From Calditrichales bacterium (GTDB taxonomy: Bacteria > Calditrichota > Calditrichia > Calditrichales > J004), in the NCBI GenBank assembly GCA_965267575.1, contig OZ254086.1:3360001-3424000 (forward strand): 64,000 nucleotides of DNA, written 5' to 3'. The notes under the pieces are model-generated. The model made no database searches. It saw nothing but the letters and a program-made list of their open reading frames with translations, and was not told the DNA's origin. The translations under genes and the position numbers were made by a program. The number at the start of each line of letters is the position of its first letter. The first letter of the stretch is position 1. Of this stretch, positions 40,971 to 51,035 are shown in pieces.

Positions 40971-43175
40971 ATGCGATCTGCTATGCTACTTATAATGCTG
41001 CTATTTTTTTCTCTATGCCCTGCCCAGGTACATAAAGAGCGCCTTGTTATTGATCGTCTTGAAGGCAAAATTACGCTGGACGGTGAACTGAACGAAAGCG
41101 CCTGGCAAAAGACGGAAGTACTGGAACTGGTGATGTACCTGCCCGAATTTGATCTCCCGCCTACTGAGGATTCCGAAATCCGCATGCTGCATGATGATGA
41201 ATATATCTATGTGGGCGGACGCTTTTATGATTCGCAACCGGATAAGATTCAGGTGGCTTCGCTTAAGCGTGATTATATGCAACTGAGCAGCGATGTTTTT
41301 GGCATTATACTAGATTCTTTTAATGACAAAGAAAATGCGCTGGCCTTCTTTACCTCATCGGCCGGTACGCGGACGGACGCCGCTGTTTTTGATGATGCTA
41401 ACGGCGATTTTCCCCTAAACGAAAACTGGAACTCCTACTGGAGCACAGCCACTAAAGCAGATTCCTCCGGCTGGGTGGCGGAAATGCGCATACCTCTCTC
41501 CAGTTTGCGCTACCAGGTAGAAGACGGCGAGGCCGTGATGGGCCTGATCCTGTGGCGCTGGATTGCGCGCAAAAATGAATCCGGCATATATCCGAAGATT
41601 CCGCCGAAATGGGGTTGGTGGGGCCAGTTCAAACCGTCGCAGGCGCAGCAGATTGTCATTAAGGATATAACCCAGAAAAAGCCGCTGTATGTGACGCCTT
41701 ACGCGCTGGGCGGCCTCTCCGTGAATAATGATCTGAACGACCCGGAAACAGCTTACGAGGAATCTACAACGCGCCAGAGTGATATTGGGATTGACGTGAA
41801 ATACGGCCTCACCAGTAACCTGACGCTTGATCTTACCGTTAATACGGATTTTGCCCAGGTGGAAGCGGATGACCAGCAGATTAATCTTACGCGATCTTCA
41901 CTCTTTTTTCCGGAAAAGCGCCTGTTCTTCCTCGAGCGTTCCAGCATTTTCGATTTCCGTATGGGCGGCATTGACAGGCTGTTCTATAGCCGCCGTATTG
42001 GCCTGGATGACGGCCGGCCGGTGCCGATCATCGGCGGTGCGCGGCTAAGCGGAAGGGTGGGACCATGGGACGTGGGGGTGCTGAATATGCAAACCGCGGA
42101 CAGTGACAGCCTGCCATCGGAGAATTTTGGCCTGGTGCGTCTGCGCCGGCAACTTGGTAATGGAAACAGCTACGTTGGCGGCATGATCACCAACCGTATG
42201 TCTGCCGGTAGTCGCTTTAATACCGCCGTTGGCAGTGATGCGATCCTTAACCTATGGGATGATGAATACCTGTTTCTGGCTGCCGCGCAAACCTACGATA
42301 ATGAAATAGAAAACAGCCCATTGTTTGTAAATAAATCCCGCATACACGCCAGCTGGCAACGAAGACGCTACCAAAATCTATCCTACGAATTTGCCTATAG
42401 TTATAGCGGTCGGGAATACATGCCGGGAATGGGCTTTGCCTCGCGTGATAATTACAAGCGCTTCAGTGAGGATATGGGATATGGCTGGATTCCGCAAAAA
42501 CACGATTGGATTCAACGACACCGCGTCTATTTCAATAATGCATTTTACTGGCGCAACAGTGATGAAAAGCTGGAGTCGATGCAAAACGTGGCCGGCTGGG
42601 AAGCCAGTCTTAAGAGCGGTTCCTATTTCAATTTTGCCTTTATCAATAACCGCGAACTTCTTGAAGATTCCCTTGACTTCAGCGATAACGTCGCCGTTCC
42701 GCCGGGCCTTTATGATTTTCCCGGGGTGGCTTTTTATTATGAAACACCGGGCGGAAACCTGTGGTGGATCTCGTCGGAAATTTCAGCCAGCCGCTTTTAT
42801 GACGGCAACCGTTTTTCGTTTATCGTAGCCCCGTCCTGGAGTTTAACGTCACAACTGGAAATGAGCGGTTACTGGTCTTATAACCGCCTGCGCTTCGATG
42901 ACAGGGGGCAATCGCTCGATGCCAATATTTTTCGCCTGCGCGGTCTCTATTTCTTTAATGCCAAATTATCGCTTTCCGCGTTTGTGCAATATAATAATGT
43001 GCGTGACATCGTAATCGGTAACGCCCGGCTGCGTTTAAACCCTTCCGAGGGTCACGATCTTTACATTGTCTATAATGAGGATTATAATACGGACAGGCGC
43101 CGGGAAGTGCCTGTTCTTCCTCACAGTAACAACAGAACGATCCTGGTAAAATACACCTATACATTTCTGTTTTAA
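40971..43175 (+). CDS. CBM9-like/DUF5916 outer-membrane protein
   Basis: LDGELNESAW, WVAEMRIPLSSLRY, TVNTDFAQVEAD, FFPEKR.FFLE, LFYSRRIG, C-terminal ..KYTYTFLF. Confidence 0.88.
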   Translation: MRSAMLLIMLLFFSLCPAQVHKERLVIDRLEGKITLDGELNESAWQKTEVLELVMYLPEFDLPPTEDSEIRMLHDDEYIYVGGRFYDSQPDKIQVASLKRDYMQLSSDVFGIILDSFNDKENALAFFTSSAGTRTDAAVFDDANGDFPLNENWNSYWSTATKADSSGWVAEMRIPLSSLRYQVEDGEAVMGLILWRWIARKNESGIYPKIPPKWGWWGQFKPSQAQQIVIKDITQKKPLYVTPYALGGLSVNNDLNDPETAYEESTTRQSDIGIDVKYGLTSNLTLDLTVNTDFAQVEADDQQINLTRSSLFFPEKRLFFLERSSIFDFRMGGIDRLFYSRRIGLDDGRPVPIIGGARLSGRVGPWDVGVLNMQTADSDSLPSENFGLVRLRRQLGNGNSYVGGMITNRMSAGSRFNTAVGSDAILNLWDDEYLFLAAAQTYDNEIENSPLFVNKSRIHASWQRRRYQNLSYEFAYSYSGREYMPGMGFASRDNYKRFSEDMGYGWIPQKHDWIQRHRVYFNNAFYWRNSDEKLESMQNVAGWEASLKSGSYFNFAFINNRELLEDSLDFSDNVAVPPGLYDFPGVAFYYETPGGNLWWISSEISASRFYDGNRFSFIVAPSWSLTSQLEMSGYWSYNRLRFDDRGQSLDANIFRLRGLYFFNAKLSLSAFVQYNNVRDIVIGNARLRLNPSEGHDLYIVYNEDYNTDRRREVPVLPHSNNRTILVKYTYTFLF

Positions 43176-43266
43176 GCTAACACAACCTCTGTCTAAACTC
43201 GCACATAGACAATACCAGGCTTCTCCTTAAAACGGTGGCTTAATATCATAATTACGGGGGTATACC

Positions 43267-46200
43267 ATGTTTAGGATATCGCAATCTGTAATCAGGATCG
43301 GCCTCTCCTTAATTCTATCGGCTGCTTCGTTTCTACCGGGTCTGCAGGCCCAGGAGGTAATCGGTTTCATCCGATCACCCATTTACGCCGTGGAATTCGG
43401 ATCACCGTTTGTTATTGATAGGGACCGGCTCGTGGTGACAAACTATGGTTCCGGTTACAACGAGATATTATTGTTTGAAAACGAGAACGGTGAATGGAAT
43501 TATGTAACGGCGGTGGGCCGCTCGGCATTTGACCAATTTGGACACGCCATTGATATACATAATAACTGGCTTATCGCATCGGATCGTGGCAATTTCAGTT
43601 TAGAAGGCGAGATTCCATACAGTGTACAGTTTTATGAACTCGAAAATAATGAGTGGCAATTCAGGAAGCTCTTCTGGCGCGATTTTTCCGCGTTTGGCGA
43701 GTCTGTGACAATTCACAATAACTGGGCTGCCGCGGGCGATCCCGAAAATAATCTTGTCAATATCTACCGGATTGATGGGGATTCCGTTTACGCGCATCAG
43801 GAAATTGCTTTTGACGACACAACGAACGTAAGCGGAAATCCGCGTTTTGGTGATAACCTGCTTCTGCGCGATGATTATCTTATTGCAATGGCTTCAAACT
43901 GGCAGGGCGAAGGTGTCGGTACAAAGTCCGGTGCCGTTTATATTTACAAGCGCCAGACCGATGAAAGCTGGGAGCTGCTTCACAAGATAACCGTGGATGA
44001 TCTACAGGCAGGTGACGGCGGACCGAACGGTGAACCGTTTATCGAATACAGTCTGCTTAGGAACTTTGATTTCGAAAACAGTATGCTTGTTTTGAATTTC
44101 ATCAAAGTGCTGTCTGATGAATCGGCTTTTGCACATCTTAAAATTATCGGCATAGATGATTTTGCCTGGCAGGAGAGCGATAGTATTGAAATAGCCAATA
44201 CCAATTATTCCCGCAACCACGATATAGATCTTAGAGGTGACGGCCTTATCGTTTCGGATCCCGGTAGCCGTGCATCTGCCGGAGACATACACATTTTTCG
44301 CAAAAGCGGCATGCGCTGGATAAAAGCTTCAACCTATCAAAACCCAGAGAGTAATGACCGTATTGGCCGAAGTCTCTCATTTGACGAATCAGCCAGCTTT
44401 ATATATGCTTCTTCCGACAATCCTGATGGGGGCGAAATTCGGATTATTGGCATTAAAAAGACGGCCATAACCGCAGTCTCGCAGGGACAAAGCGGCAGCT
44501 ATGTTAAAATAAACTGGGAGAATTTTTCTCAAGTTCAGGATGGCTTTAAGATTTACCGGGACGGTACGGAGATAGCCACGACCTCCGGAAATGCCCGCAC
44601 TTATTTTGACTATGAGGGTATTCCCGGCCGGATGCACACTTACGGAGTTACCGCTTACGACCCGGTCACCACGCTGGAATCCGTACCTGACACAGCGGCC
44701 GGCTACAAACAACCTTCGGGTGAGGTAAAAGGAGTAGTGCAAACGCCGCTGGGGGCCGGTGTTTCGGACGTGCGCGTTGATCTTATGCCGCAAGGTGTTA
44801 CGATGGACCGGGCGCTTGCTATTGACTCATCCGCTAACGCGGTCACTTTAAGTAATTTTACAGAATTTCCTGATACGGCCTTTACGATATCATTCTGGCT
44901 AAAAACGCTCTCTGATTCGGCGATCACGGTTTTCGATTTCACAACACAGGATTACAATTCCGCTTTACGAATCAGCAATCCCTCTTCTGCCACTATTGAT
45001 ATCAATAACCGCGCATTGAATACGGGTGTGGATTTTGCAGACGGTGCCTGGCACCACCTGGCGTTCACCTGGCGCAGCACCGATGGATCGATCTCTTTGC
45101 TTAAAGACGGCGTTGCGGTTTTTAAGGACAAATACCTGGCCGGAGAGGTAATTGGCCGCGAAGGCAGGCTCACACTGGGGTTTGACTACAATGATACGCA
45201 GAACAGCCTATATCGCGGATTGCTGGATGAAGTGGCCATCTGGAATACCATGCGCGAAGATTCGCTGATTGCCGCAGAGATGCGCTCACAGCCTGTAGGT
45301 GATGAAAAGAACCTGATCTCCTATTATGGGTTTGATGACCCGCAACGGTTTCCTCAATATCTAGTCCCAGACATGGTTTGGAAGAGGACACAACACGGAA
45401 CGGCCCTAAATCTGAACTTCGAAGACAATCCTGAAGAAGTGATAGCCATGAGGCGCAGTGTTTACACCGATGCCAGCGGAAGATTCAGCTTTGAAAACGT
45501 TTATTATGATGCATCGCGTACATTCCGTTTGATGCCATTTAAATCCGATCACGGCTTCGCCCCGGGTTTTGATAATATTACGCTGAGTCTTGATAGCCCC
45601 AGGCTAAGCGGTATCGCCTTTGATGATACAACCAGCTTTACGGTGAGCGGCCGGGTTTTTTATTCAGCCAGCGATTGCAATCTTGCCGGGGCCGAACTGG
45701 TACTGAACGGCCAGCCCACGGGTGTTTTTACGGACAGCAACGGCAATTACCAGTTAACGGTGGAAGAAGCCGGTACTTACCAGCTTGAAGTGGCGTTTGC
45801 CGACACTGCTCTCAGCCATCGCTTCCGTCCATCGACTTATAACCTGGACGTGAATGACAATCTTTTTAATGTAGATTTTGCCGATATTACTATCAGTACT
45901 TTAAGCGGACGGGTTGGCGCGGCCTGCAACACGTCCATTGGCAAGGCAACCCTTCAGATTACGTCATTGGGAAATCCACAGGGCTGCTATACACAAACCA
46001 TTGAGACTGATGAAAACGGCAACTACAGTATCGATCTGCCCAGTCAGAAGTATCTCATCTCCGTGGAAGATATCGAACCGGCCAACCCCGTAATTCTTCA
46101 ATCTTTCAGCAGTGTGACAACAGACCTCACCTTTCAGGACAGCCTTGTCAATTTTGTCTACCGTGATCCGCTTACAATAAAAATAGACGGATTACCGGAG

Positions 46201-49200
46201 ATCTGTTCCGGGGCGGATGGTCCGTTTAAGGTGCCGGTCGTGAAACAGTTTGACCGCTATTTCCTGACGGTACGCGTGTTGGAAAGTTATAACGGCGACA
46301 CCTGCCTGGTGGACACGGGCAGCGTAACCCTGTTTGATGAAGTGGGCGGAGACGGCAGCGACCCGGTCACAATACCCGTGAGTAACGGGCAGGCCAGTTT
46401 TATCCTCGCGCCGGGCGAACCCAATATCCTGGATGGCGGTGATCACCCGTTTCAAAAGCGGCTGAGTATCCGGGCCGATATAGATGGCGACCGCACAACG
46501 CTGGATCAATGGATGATCGTAACGGGTCACCGTCCGCGCAGTGAGACATTTGTTACAAAGACACCCGAACTGCCGCTGATGATTCTGCGTGATCCGCCCG
46601 GAGACAACAGCTTTGCTTATTTTGAAAAGGATAGTACCTACGCCTCCAATTTTACCATGTCCCATGAAATAGGCGGTGCTGCCGGAGTGTACACGGATAT
46701 TAAAATCGGCGCAGGGATACCCGTGCCGTTTACCGGTATTGTAATCGGCGCCCGTACACATATTGAGGGGCAAATTCTTGCCGGACGCAATAACAACAAC
46801 GGCACAACCGTAACAACCTATACATCCAACACCGAGCGTTTCTCGACTTCGGATGACGATAACATCACGGGCGAAAAGGGTGATGTTTTTATCGGTGCTT
46901 CGTTTAACATGATTTACGCGTTGACGGATGTGATCGATTTTGATGAAAATACCTGCAGTGTCGTAAGAGATACACAGCTGGTCTGGGGCTCCGAGGAGAT
47001 CAATACCAGCTATATTTACACCGAAAGTCACATTCGAAATACACTGCTGCCCCAGCTAAGGCAACTGCGCACGCTGGCCACGCCCGATTCCGCCGAGATA
47101 CTCGGATCTTATATCGACGTGTGGGAGCAGGTGCTGGTTAAAAACGACCGGCTGAAAAAACGAGCCAAAAAAGAACGCAATATCTCATTCAGTGCCGGGG
47201 CAACGCGTGAATACTCCAGCACCCAGCGCGAGGATTCCACCCTGCATATCGATTATACCACCTTTATTGATTCTGAAGTTAAGGTGGGCGTTGGCATTGG
47301 TGACGGTGACTTCTCCGATGTGGAAATCGGAGTGGCCGCGAAATTCCGCTGGTCCAAGACGGTGATAGAGGAGGAGACATTCGGAAGCTCGACCACCGTG
47401 GGCTATGTTTTATCCGATAACGATGAAGGTGATTTCTTCAGCGTTGATGTAAAAGAGGACAAGGTGTATAAAACGCCGGTATTTGACCTGGTGAGCGGAC
47501 GCAGCAGTTGTCCCTGGGAGCCGGGTTCACAGCCGCGCGACGGTGTGCAGCTTCAGATAAGCAGTAACGAGGTTAACGACGTGCCGCCCGAAGAAAGAGC
47601 AGCTTTCACGCTGTTCCTCGGCAATACCAGCCAGAGCGATGAAACGCGTACCTACAACCTGTCTGTGATACAATCCAGCAATCTGGATGGCGCGATAATC
47701 AGCGTCGGAGGGGTGGTGATTGAAGACGCGCTCTCTTATACCATCCCTGCCGGAGAACAGATAAACGCCACTCTTGCCATAGAACGCGGGCCACTGGCTT
47801 ACGATTATGAAAACCTGCAGGTGCGCCTGTATGCCCCGTGCGATCCTTCCATCGCCGACACGGTCACGTTCAGTGTGCGCTATACCAGTCCCTGCAGCAA
47901 TGTGAATATTTTCCGGCCGGAAAACGGCTGGCTGGTTAACGCAGATGACAACGATACGTTGCAGGTGATCCTGAATGATTATGACGCTTCCGATCCCAAC
48001 CTGGAAAACATCAGCCTGCAATACCGGCGTAAGGGAGATAGCTGGAAAACCGCCTTCCTGATCGCCAAAAGCAATCTGCCACAGGAATACATAACGCGTT
48101 ACTGGGATGTCTCGGCCCTGCCAAATGGAGAATATGAACTGCGTGGTGTCGCCAAATGCGGCGACGTGGGTATATCCTATTCGGAGATATCGGCCGGCAC
48201 CATAGACCGCAGCGGCTTGGTTGTTTTTGGCAAACCGCAGCCCGCGGATGGCATCCTCAACCTGGGTGAAGATATTTCGGTGAGTTTTACGGAAGACCTC
48301 GATTGCGATGCGCTGGAAGAAAATATGGCCCGCATCCGCGACGCGGACGGCAACGTGCTTGCAATAGAAACTGCCTGCAGCGAAAAAACGCTGATCCTCT
48401 CGCCGCTGGATGATCTCTCCGCCTTTGAAGGACAGACGTTGTCCGCGACTGTCTCCAACGTTAAGGATGTAAATGGCAACGTATTAACAAAAGCCGTCAA
48501 TTGGTCTTTTACAATCAACCAGAATCCGCTTTACTGGTCGGTTGCAAACAGCGCGCTGACCATTTACGAAGGCGAGCAGACCAGCCTCAACGGGACACTG
48601 GTTAATGCCGGTGGACAAAGTGAATCATTTACGATTGTCTCAATGCCGCCGTGGGTTTCTACCTCTACAATATCAGGCAGCGTTCCGCCATCAGGCGAGC
48701 AGAACATTGAGTTTATAGTCGACGGGAATTTAAGCCGGGATACATACGTGGATTCGGTGATTGCACAAACGGCCAACGGTGATGAAATCTTCTTAATGGA
48801 AATAAACGTTCTGGCGCGGCCGCCGCAATGGAATGTTAACCCAGCGCAGTTTGCCTACAGTATGAACATTACGGCGCAGTTGAATATTGACGGCCAGGCG
48901 TCGGATGATCCGTTCGACGTGGTGAGCGCATTTAGCGGTAATGAGGTACGCGGCAAAGCCAATGTGCAGTATGTTTCCGATCTTTTTGGCTACATGGCCT
49001 TTATCACCGTTTACAGCAATAACCTTTCCGGCGAAACGGTTACGTTCCGCGGCTGGGATGCTTCCGAAGGCGACGAATATGGCGCTGTTGAAGAAACGCT
49101 CGTTTTTGAGAATGGCGCAACGGTCGGTGACGTTTCCAATCCGCTGATCCTCAATCCCGCCGGTGTGGCGCAAACAACGGAACTGGATGCCGGCTGGACA

Positions 49201-50352
49201 TGGATTGCCCTTAACGTTGAAAACAGTGATATGTCGGTAAATGCCGTTATGGAAGGCGTACCGGCGACAGAAGGCGACATCATCAAAACGCAAAATGCTT
49301 TCGCCGAATACATAAACGGCGCCGGCTGGGTTGGATCGCTGACGACTCTGCGTACAGGGACCGCGTACCAAACGCGTATGCAGCAATCCGGCGCGTTGGA
49401 TTTTATTGGTCGTCGTATCAATCCCGGAAATACCGATGTAACCGTAAGGCAGGGCTGGAACTGGATCGGCTATACTGATAATCGTAACCGTCCGGTGAAT
49501 GAAGCGCTGCACAATTTCCCTGTGCGCGATGGCGACATTCTGAAAAGCCGTGATGCCTTTGCCCAATATGACCAAGCCAGCGGTAACTGGCTGGGCAGCC
49601 TCGAAGCAATGGAAGCGGGCGGCGGTTATTTGCTGAGAAGCGGTATTGCTTCTGTTAGTACCTTTGGTCTTGAGAAACCTGCGAAAAGCCTTTCGCCGGA
49701 TGACGCGCGGGAAGGCGACGCCGTCAATTGGCAGGTCAATCCCGCGCTTTATGAATACAACATGGCCCTGGTGGCAGAACAGCGTTTCGACTCAAAATCG
49801 CCGTTGGATTCGCTGGACCGTATGGCAGCCTTTGTTGGCGATGAATGCCGCGGGACGGCCCGGCCGGTATTTGTTGAAGGGCTGAACCGCTACGTGGTTT
49901 TCCTGACACTTTTTAGCAATGAGACGGATGGGGAGGAATTAGATCTGAAGCTGTTGGAAAGCGAAACCGGTATCGTTTATGCTGCGGGACAAGTGGAATT
50001 CGCGCCGGACTCCGTGCTCGGTTCGGTACTGGCGCCGCAACGTATCAACAGCACTTATGCGACAAACGAGGGCGCTTTGCCGACTGTTTTTCGGATCTAT
50101 CAAAATTATCCCAATCCGTTCAATCCGGTCACTACGATACGCTACGAGCTGCCGCGCAGCAGCAAAGTCAAGCTGACCGTATTCAACATTCTTGGCAAAA
50201 CAATACGCGTCCTGGTAAACGGGAATCAGAATGCCGGACGCTACCGTGTTGACTTTGACGCCAGGGAGCTTGGCCTGGGCAGCGGATTGTATTTCTACCG
50301 CTTTGAATCGGACGGTCTGAATACGACGCGCAAAATGTTGCTGCTGAAATAA
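43267..50352 (+). CDS. Giant secreted multidomain protein (FG-GAP-like propeller, Fn3, LamG, carboxypeptidase-regulatory-like, Big_5, C-terminal sorting domain)
   Basis: Signal peptide; FG.. repeats; DGAWHHLAFTW and GLLDEVAIW (LamG); YQNYPNPFNP...KMLLLK. Confidence 0.85.
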   Translation: MFRISQSVIRIGLSLILSAASFLPGLQAQEVIGFIRSPIYAVEFGSPFVIDRDRLVVTNYGSGYNEILLFENENGEWNYVTAVGRSAFDQFGHAIDIHNNWLIASDRGNFSLEGEIPYSVQFYELENNEWQFRKLFWRDFSAFGESVTIHNNWAAAGDPENNLVNIYRIDGDSVYAHQEIAFDDTTNVSGNPRFGDNLLLRDDYLIAMASNWQGEGVGTKSGAVYIYKRQTDESWELLHKITVDDLQAGDGGPNGEPFIEYSLLRNFDFENSMLVLNFIKVLSDESAFAHLKIIGIDDFAWQESDSIEIANTNYSRNHDIDLRGDGLIVSDPGSRASAGDIHIFRKSGMRWIKASTYQNPESNDRIGRSLSFDESASFIYASSDNPDGGEIRIIGIKKTAITAVSQGQSGSYVKINWENFSQVQDGFKIYRDGTEIATTSGNARTYFDYEGIPGRMHTYGVTAYDPVTTLESVPDTAAGYKQPSGEVKGVVQTPLGAGVSDVRVDLMPQGVTMDRALAIDSSANAVTLSNFTEFPDTAFTISFWLKTLSDSAITVFDFTTQDYNSALRISNPSSATIDINNRALNTGVDFADGAWHHLAFTWRSTDGSISLLKDGVAVFKDKYLAGEVIGREGRLTLGFDYNDTQNSLYRGLLDEVAIWNTMREDSLIAAEMRSQPVGDEKNLISYYGFDDPQRFPQYLVPDMVWKRTQHGTALNLNFEDNPEEVIAMRRSVYTDASGRFSFENVYYDASRTFRLMPFKSDHGFAPGFDNITLSLDSPRLSGIAFDDTTSFTVSGRVFYSASDCNLAGAELVLNGQPTGVFTDSNGNYQLTVEEAGTYQLEVAFADTALSHRFRPSTYNLDVNDNLFNVDFADITISTLSGRVGAACNTSIGKATLQITSLGNPQGCYTQTIETDENGNYSIDLPSQKYLISVEDIEPANPVILQSFSSVTTDLTFQDSLVNFVYRDPLTIKIDGLPEICSGADGPFKVPVVKQFDRYFLTVRVLESYNGDTCLVDTGSVTLFDEVGGDGSDPVTIPVSNGQASFILAPGEPNILDGGDHPFQKRLSIRADIDGDRTTLDQWMIVTGHRPRSETFVTKTPELPLMILRDPPGDNSFAYFEKDSTYASNFTMSHEIGGAAGVYTDIKIGAGIPVPFTGIVIGARTHIEGQILAGRNNNNGTTVTTYTSNTERFSTSDDDNITGEKGDVFIGASFNMIYALTDVIDFDENTCSVVRDTQLVWGSEEINTSYIYTESHIRNTLLPQLRQLRTLATPDSAEILGSYIDVWEQVLVKNDRLKKRAKKERNISFSAGATREYSSTQREDSTLHIDYTTFIDSEVKVGVGIGDGDFSDVEIGVAAKFRWSKTVIEEETFGSSTTVGYVLSDNDEGDFFSVDVKEDKVYKTPVFDLVSGRSSCPWEPGSQPRDGVQLQISSNEVNDVPPEERAAFTLFLGNTSQSDETRTYNLSVIQSSNLDGAIISVGGVVIEDALSYTIPAGEQINATLAIERGPLAYDYENLQVRLYAPCDPSIADTVTFSVRYTSPCSNVNIFRPENGWLVNADDNDTLQVILNDYDASDPNLENISLQYRRKGDSWKTAFLIAKSNLPQEYITRYWDVSALPNGEYELRGVAKCGDVGISYSEISAGTIDRSGLVVFGKPQPADGILNLGEDISVSFTEDLDCDALEENMARIRDADGNVLAIETACSEKTLILSPLDDLSAFEGQTLSATVSNVKDVNGNVLTKAVNWSFTINQNPLYWSVANSALTIYEGEQTSLNGTLVNAGGQSESFTIVSMPPWVSTSTISGSVPPSGEQNIEFIVDGNLSRDTYVDSVIAQTANGDEIFLMEINVLARPPQWNVNPAQFAYSMNITAQLNIDGQASDDPFDVVSAFSGNEVRGKANVQYVSDLFGYMAFITVYSNNLSGETVTFRGWDASEGDEYGAVEETLVFENGATVGDVSNPLILNPAGVAQTTELDAGWTWIALNVENSDMSVNAVMEGVPATEGDIIKTQNAFAEYINGAGWVGSLTTLRTGTAYQTRMQQSGALDFIGRRINPGNTDVTVRQGWNWIGYTDNRNRPVNEALHNFPVRDGDILKSRDAFAQYDQASGNWLGSLEAMEAGGGYLLRSGIASVSTFGLEKPAKSLSPDDAREGDAVNWQVNPALYEYNMALVAEQRFDSKSPLDSLDRMAAFVGDECRGTARPVFVEGLNRYVVFLTLFSNETDGEELDLKLLESETGIVYAAGQVEFAPDSVLGSVLAPQRINSTYATNEGALPTVFRIYQNYPNPFNPVTTIRYELPRSSKVKLTVFNILGKTIRVLVNGNQNAGRYRVDFDARELGLGSGLYFYRFESDGLNTTRKMLLLK

Positions 50353-50370
50353 AATTGCAAAACGGACATT

Positions 50371-50404
50371 GGCGCCCGTGCGGCCTGTCGTGCGGGCGCT
50401 TTTT
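50371..50404 (+). terminator. Intrinsic terminator
   Basis: GCGCCCG...CGGGCGC stem plus a T-run. Confidence 0.7.
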
Positions 50405-50566
50405 AGTTTCCCAAAAGCGTAATAATTTGTTATTCCTGCACAAACAAGATTCCGGAACAGGATCAGACTGAAATTTTCAAAAAAACGTAAGATTTTATTT
50501 TTGCCATCTTTAATTTCCCCTCTTAATTTCTTAAATTGTCACACGTTGTGTAACAGATTGAAAAAA

Positions 50567-50986
50567 ATGTCGGCATCCAAAAGACTATCAACAGCAGTGA
50601 AAGCTTTGTGCGTTTTGGCGCGACACGAAAACCAGCCCCTTTCCAGCGCGCAGATTGCCGCTGAGCTACAGGTAAATCCGTCCAAGTTGCGCCAGGTATT
50701 GTCTATGCTGGTTAAAAGCGGATTGGTGCAAAGCCACCAGGGCACGGCGGGTGGTTTTGTATTAAATAAAACCATCGATAATATCCACATGCAGGATGTA
50801 TATTGCGCGGTTGAGGAGAAGAAGGCTTTTCGCCTGGATGTGCACGAACACAGTGACGCCAACGGCAGCACGTCGCGGCTCAACATGTACCTGCTCGACC
50901 TGTTCGATGACGTACAGGGTATTATAGAAGAGCATATGCGTGGTGTCCGCTTAACGGATGTATTGAAATCTGTTGAAAAACTTTAG
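50567..50986 (+). CDS. Rrf2 family transcriptional regulator
   Basis: STAVKAL..LA, SSAQIA...VNPS.LR.VL..L.KSGLV.S..G..GGF.L, I.M.DVY.AVE. Start moved to ATG 50567. Confidence 0.9.
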   Translation: MSASKRLSTAVKALCVLARHENQPLSSAQIAAELQVNPSKLRQVLSMLVKSGLVQSHQGTAGGFVLNKTIDNIHMQDVYCAVEEKKAFRLDVHEHSDANGSTSRLNMYLLDLFDDVQGIIEEHMRGVRLTDVLKSVEKL

Positions 50987-51035
50987 ATATCGGTCAGAAA
51001 AAAAATAACACTTACAATTTAAACAGGAGCGACAT

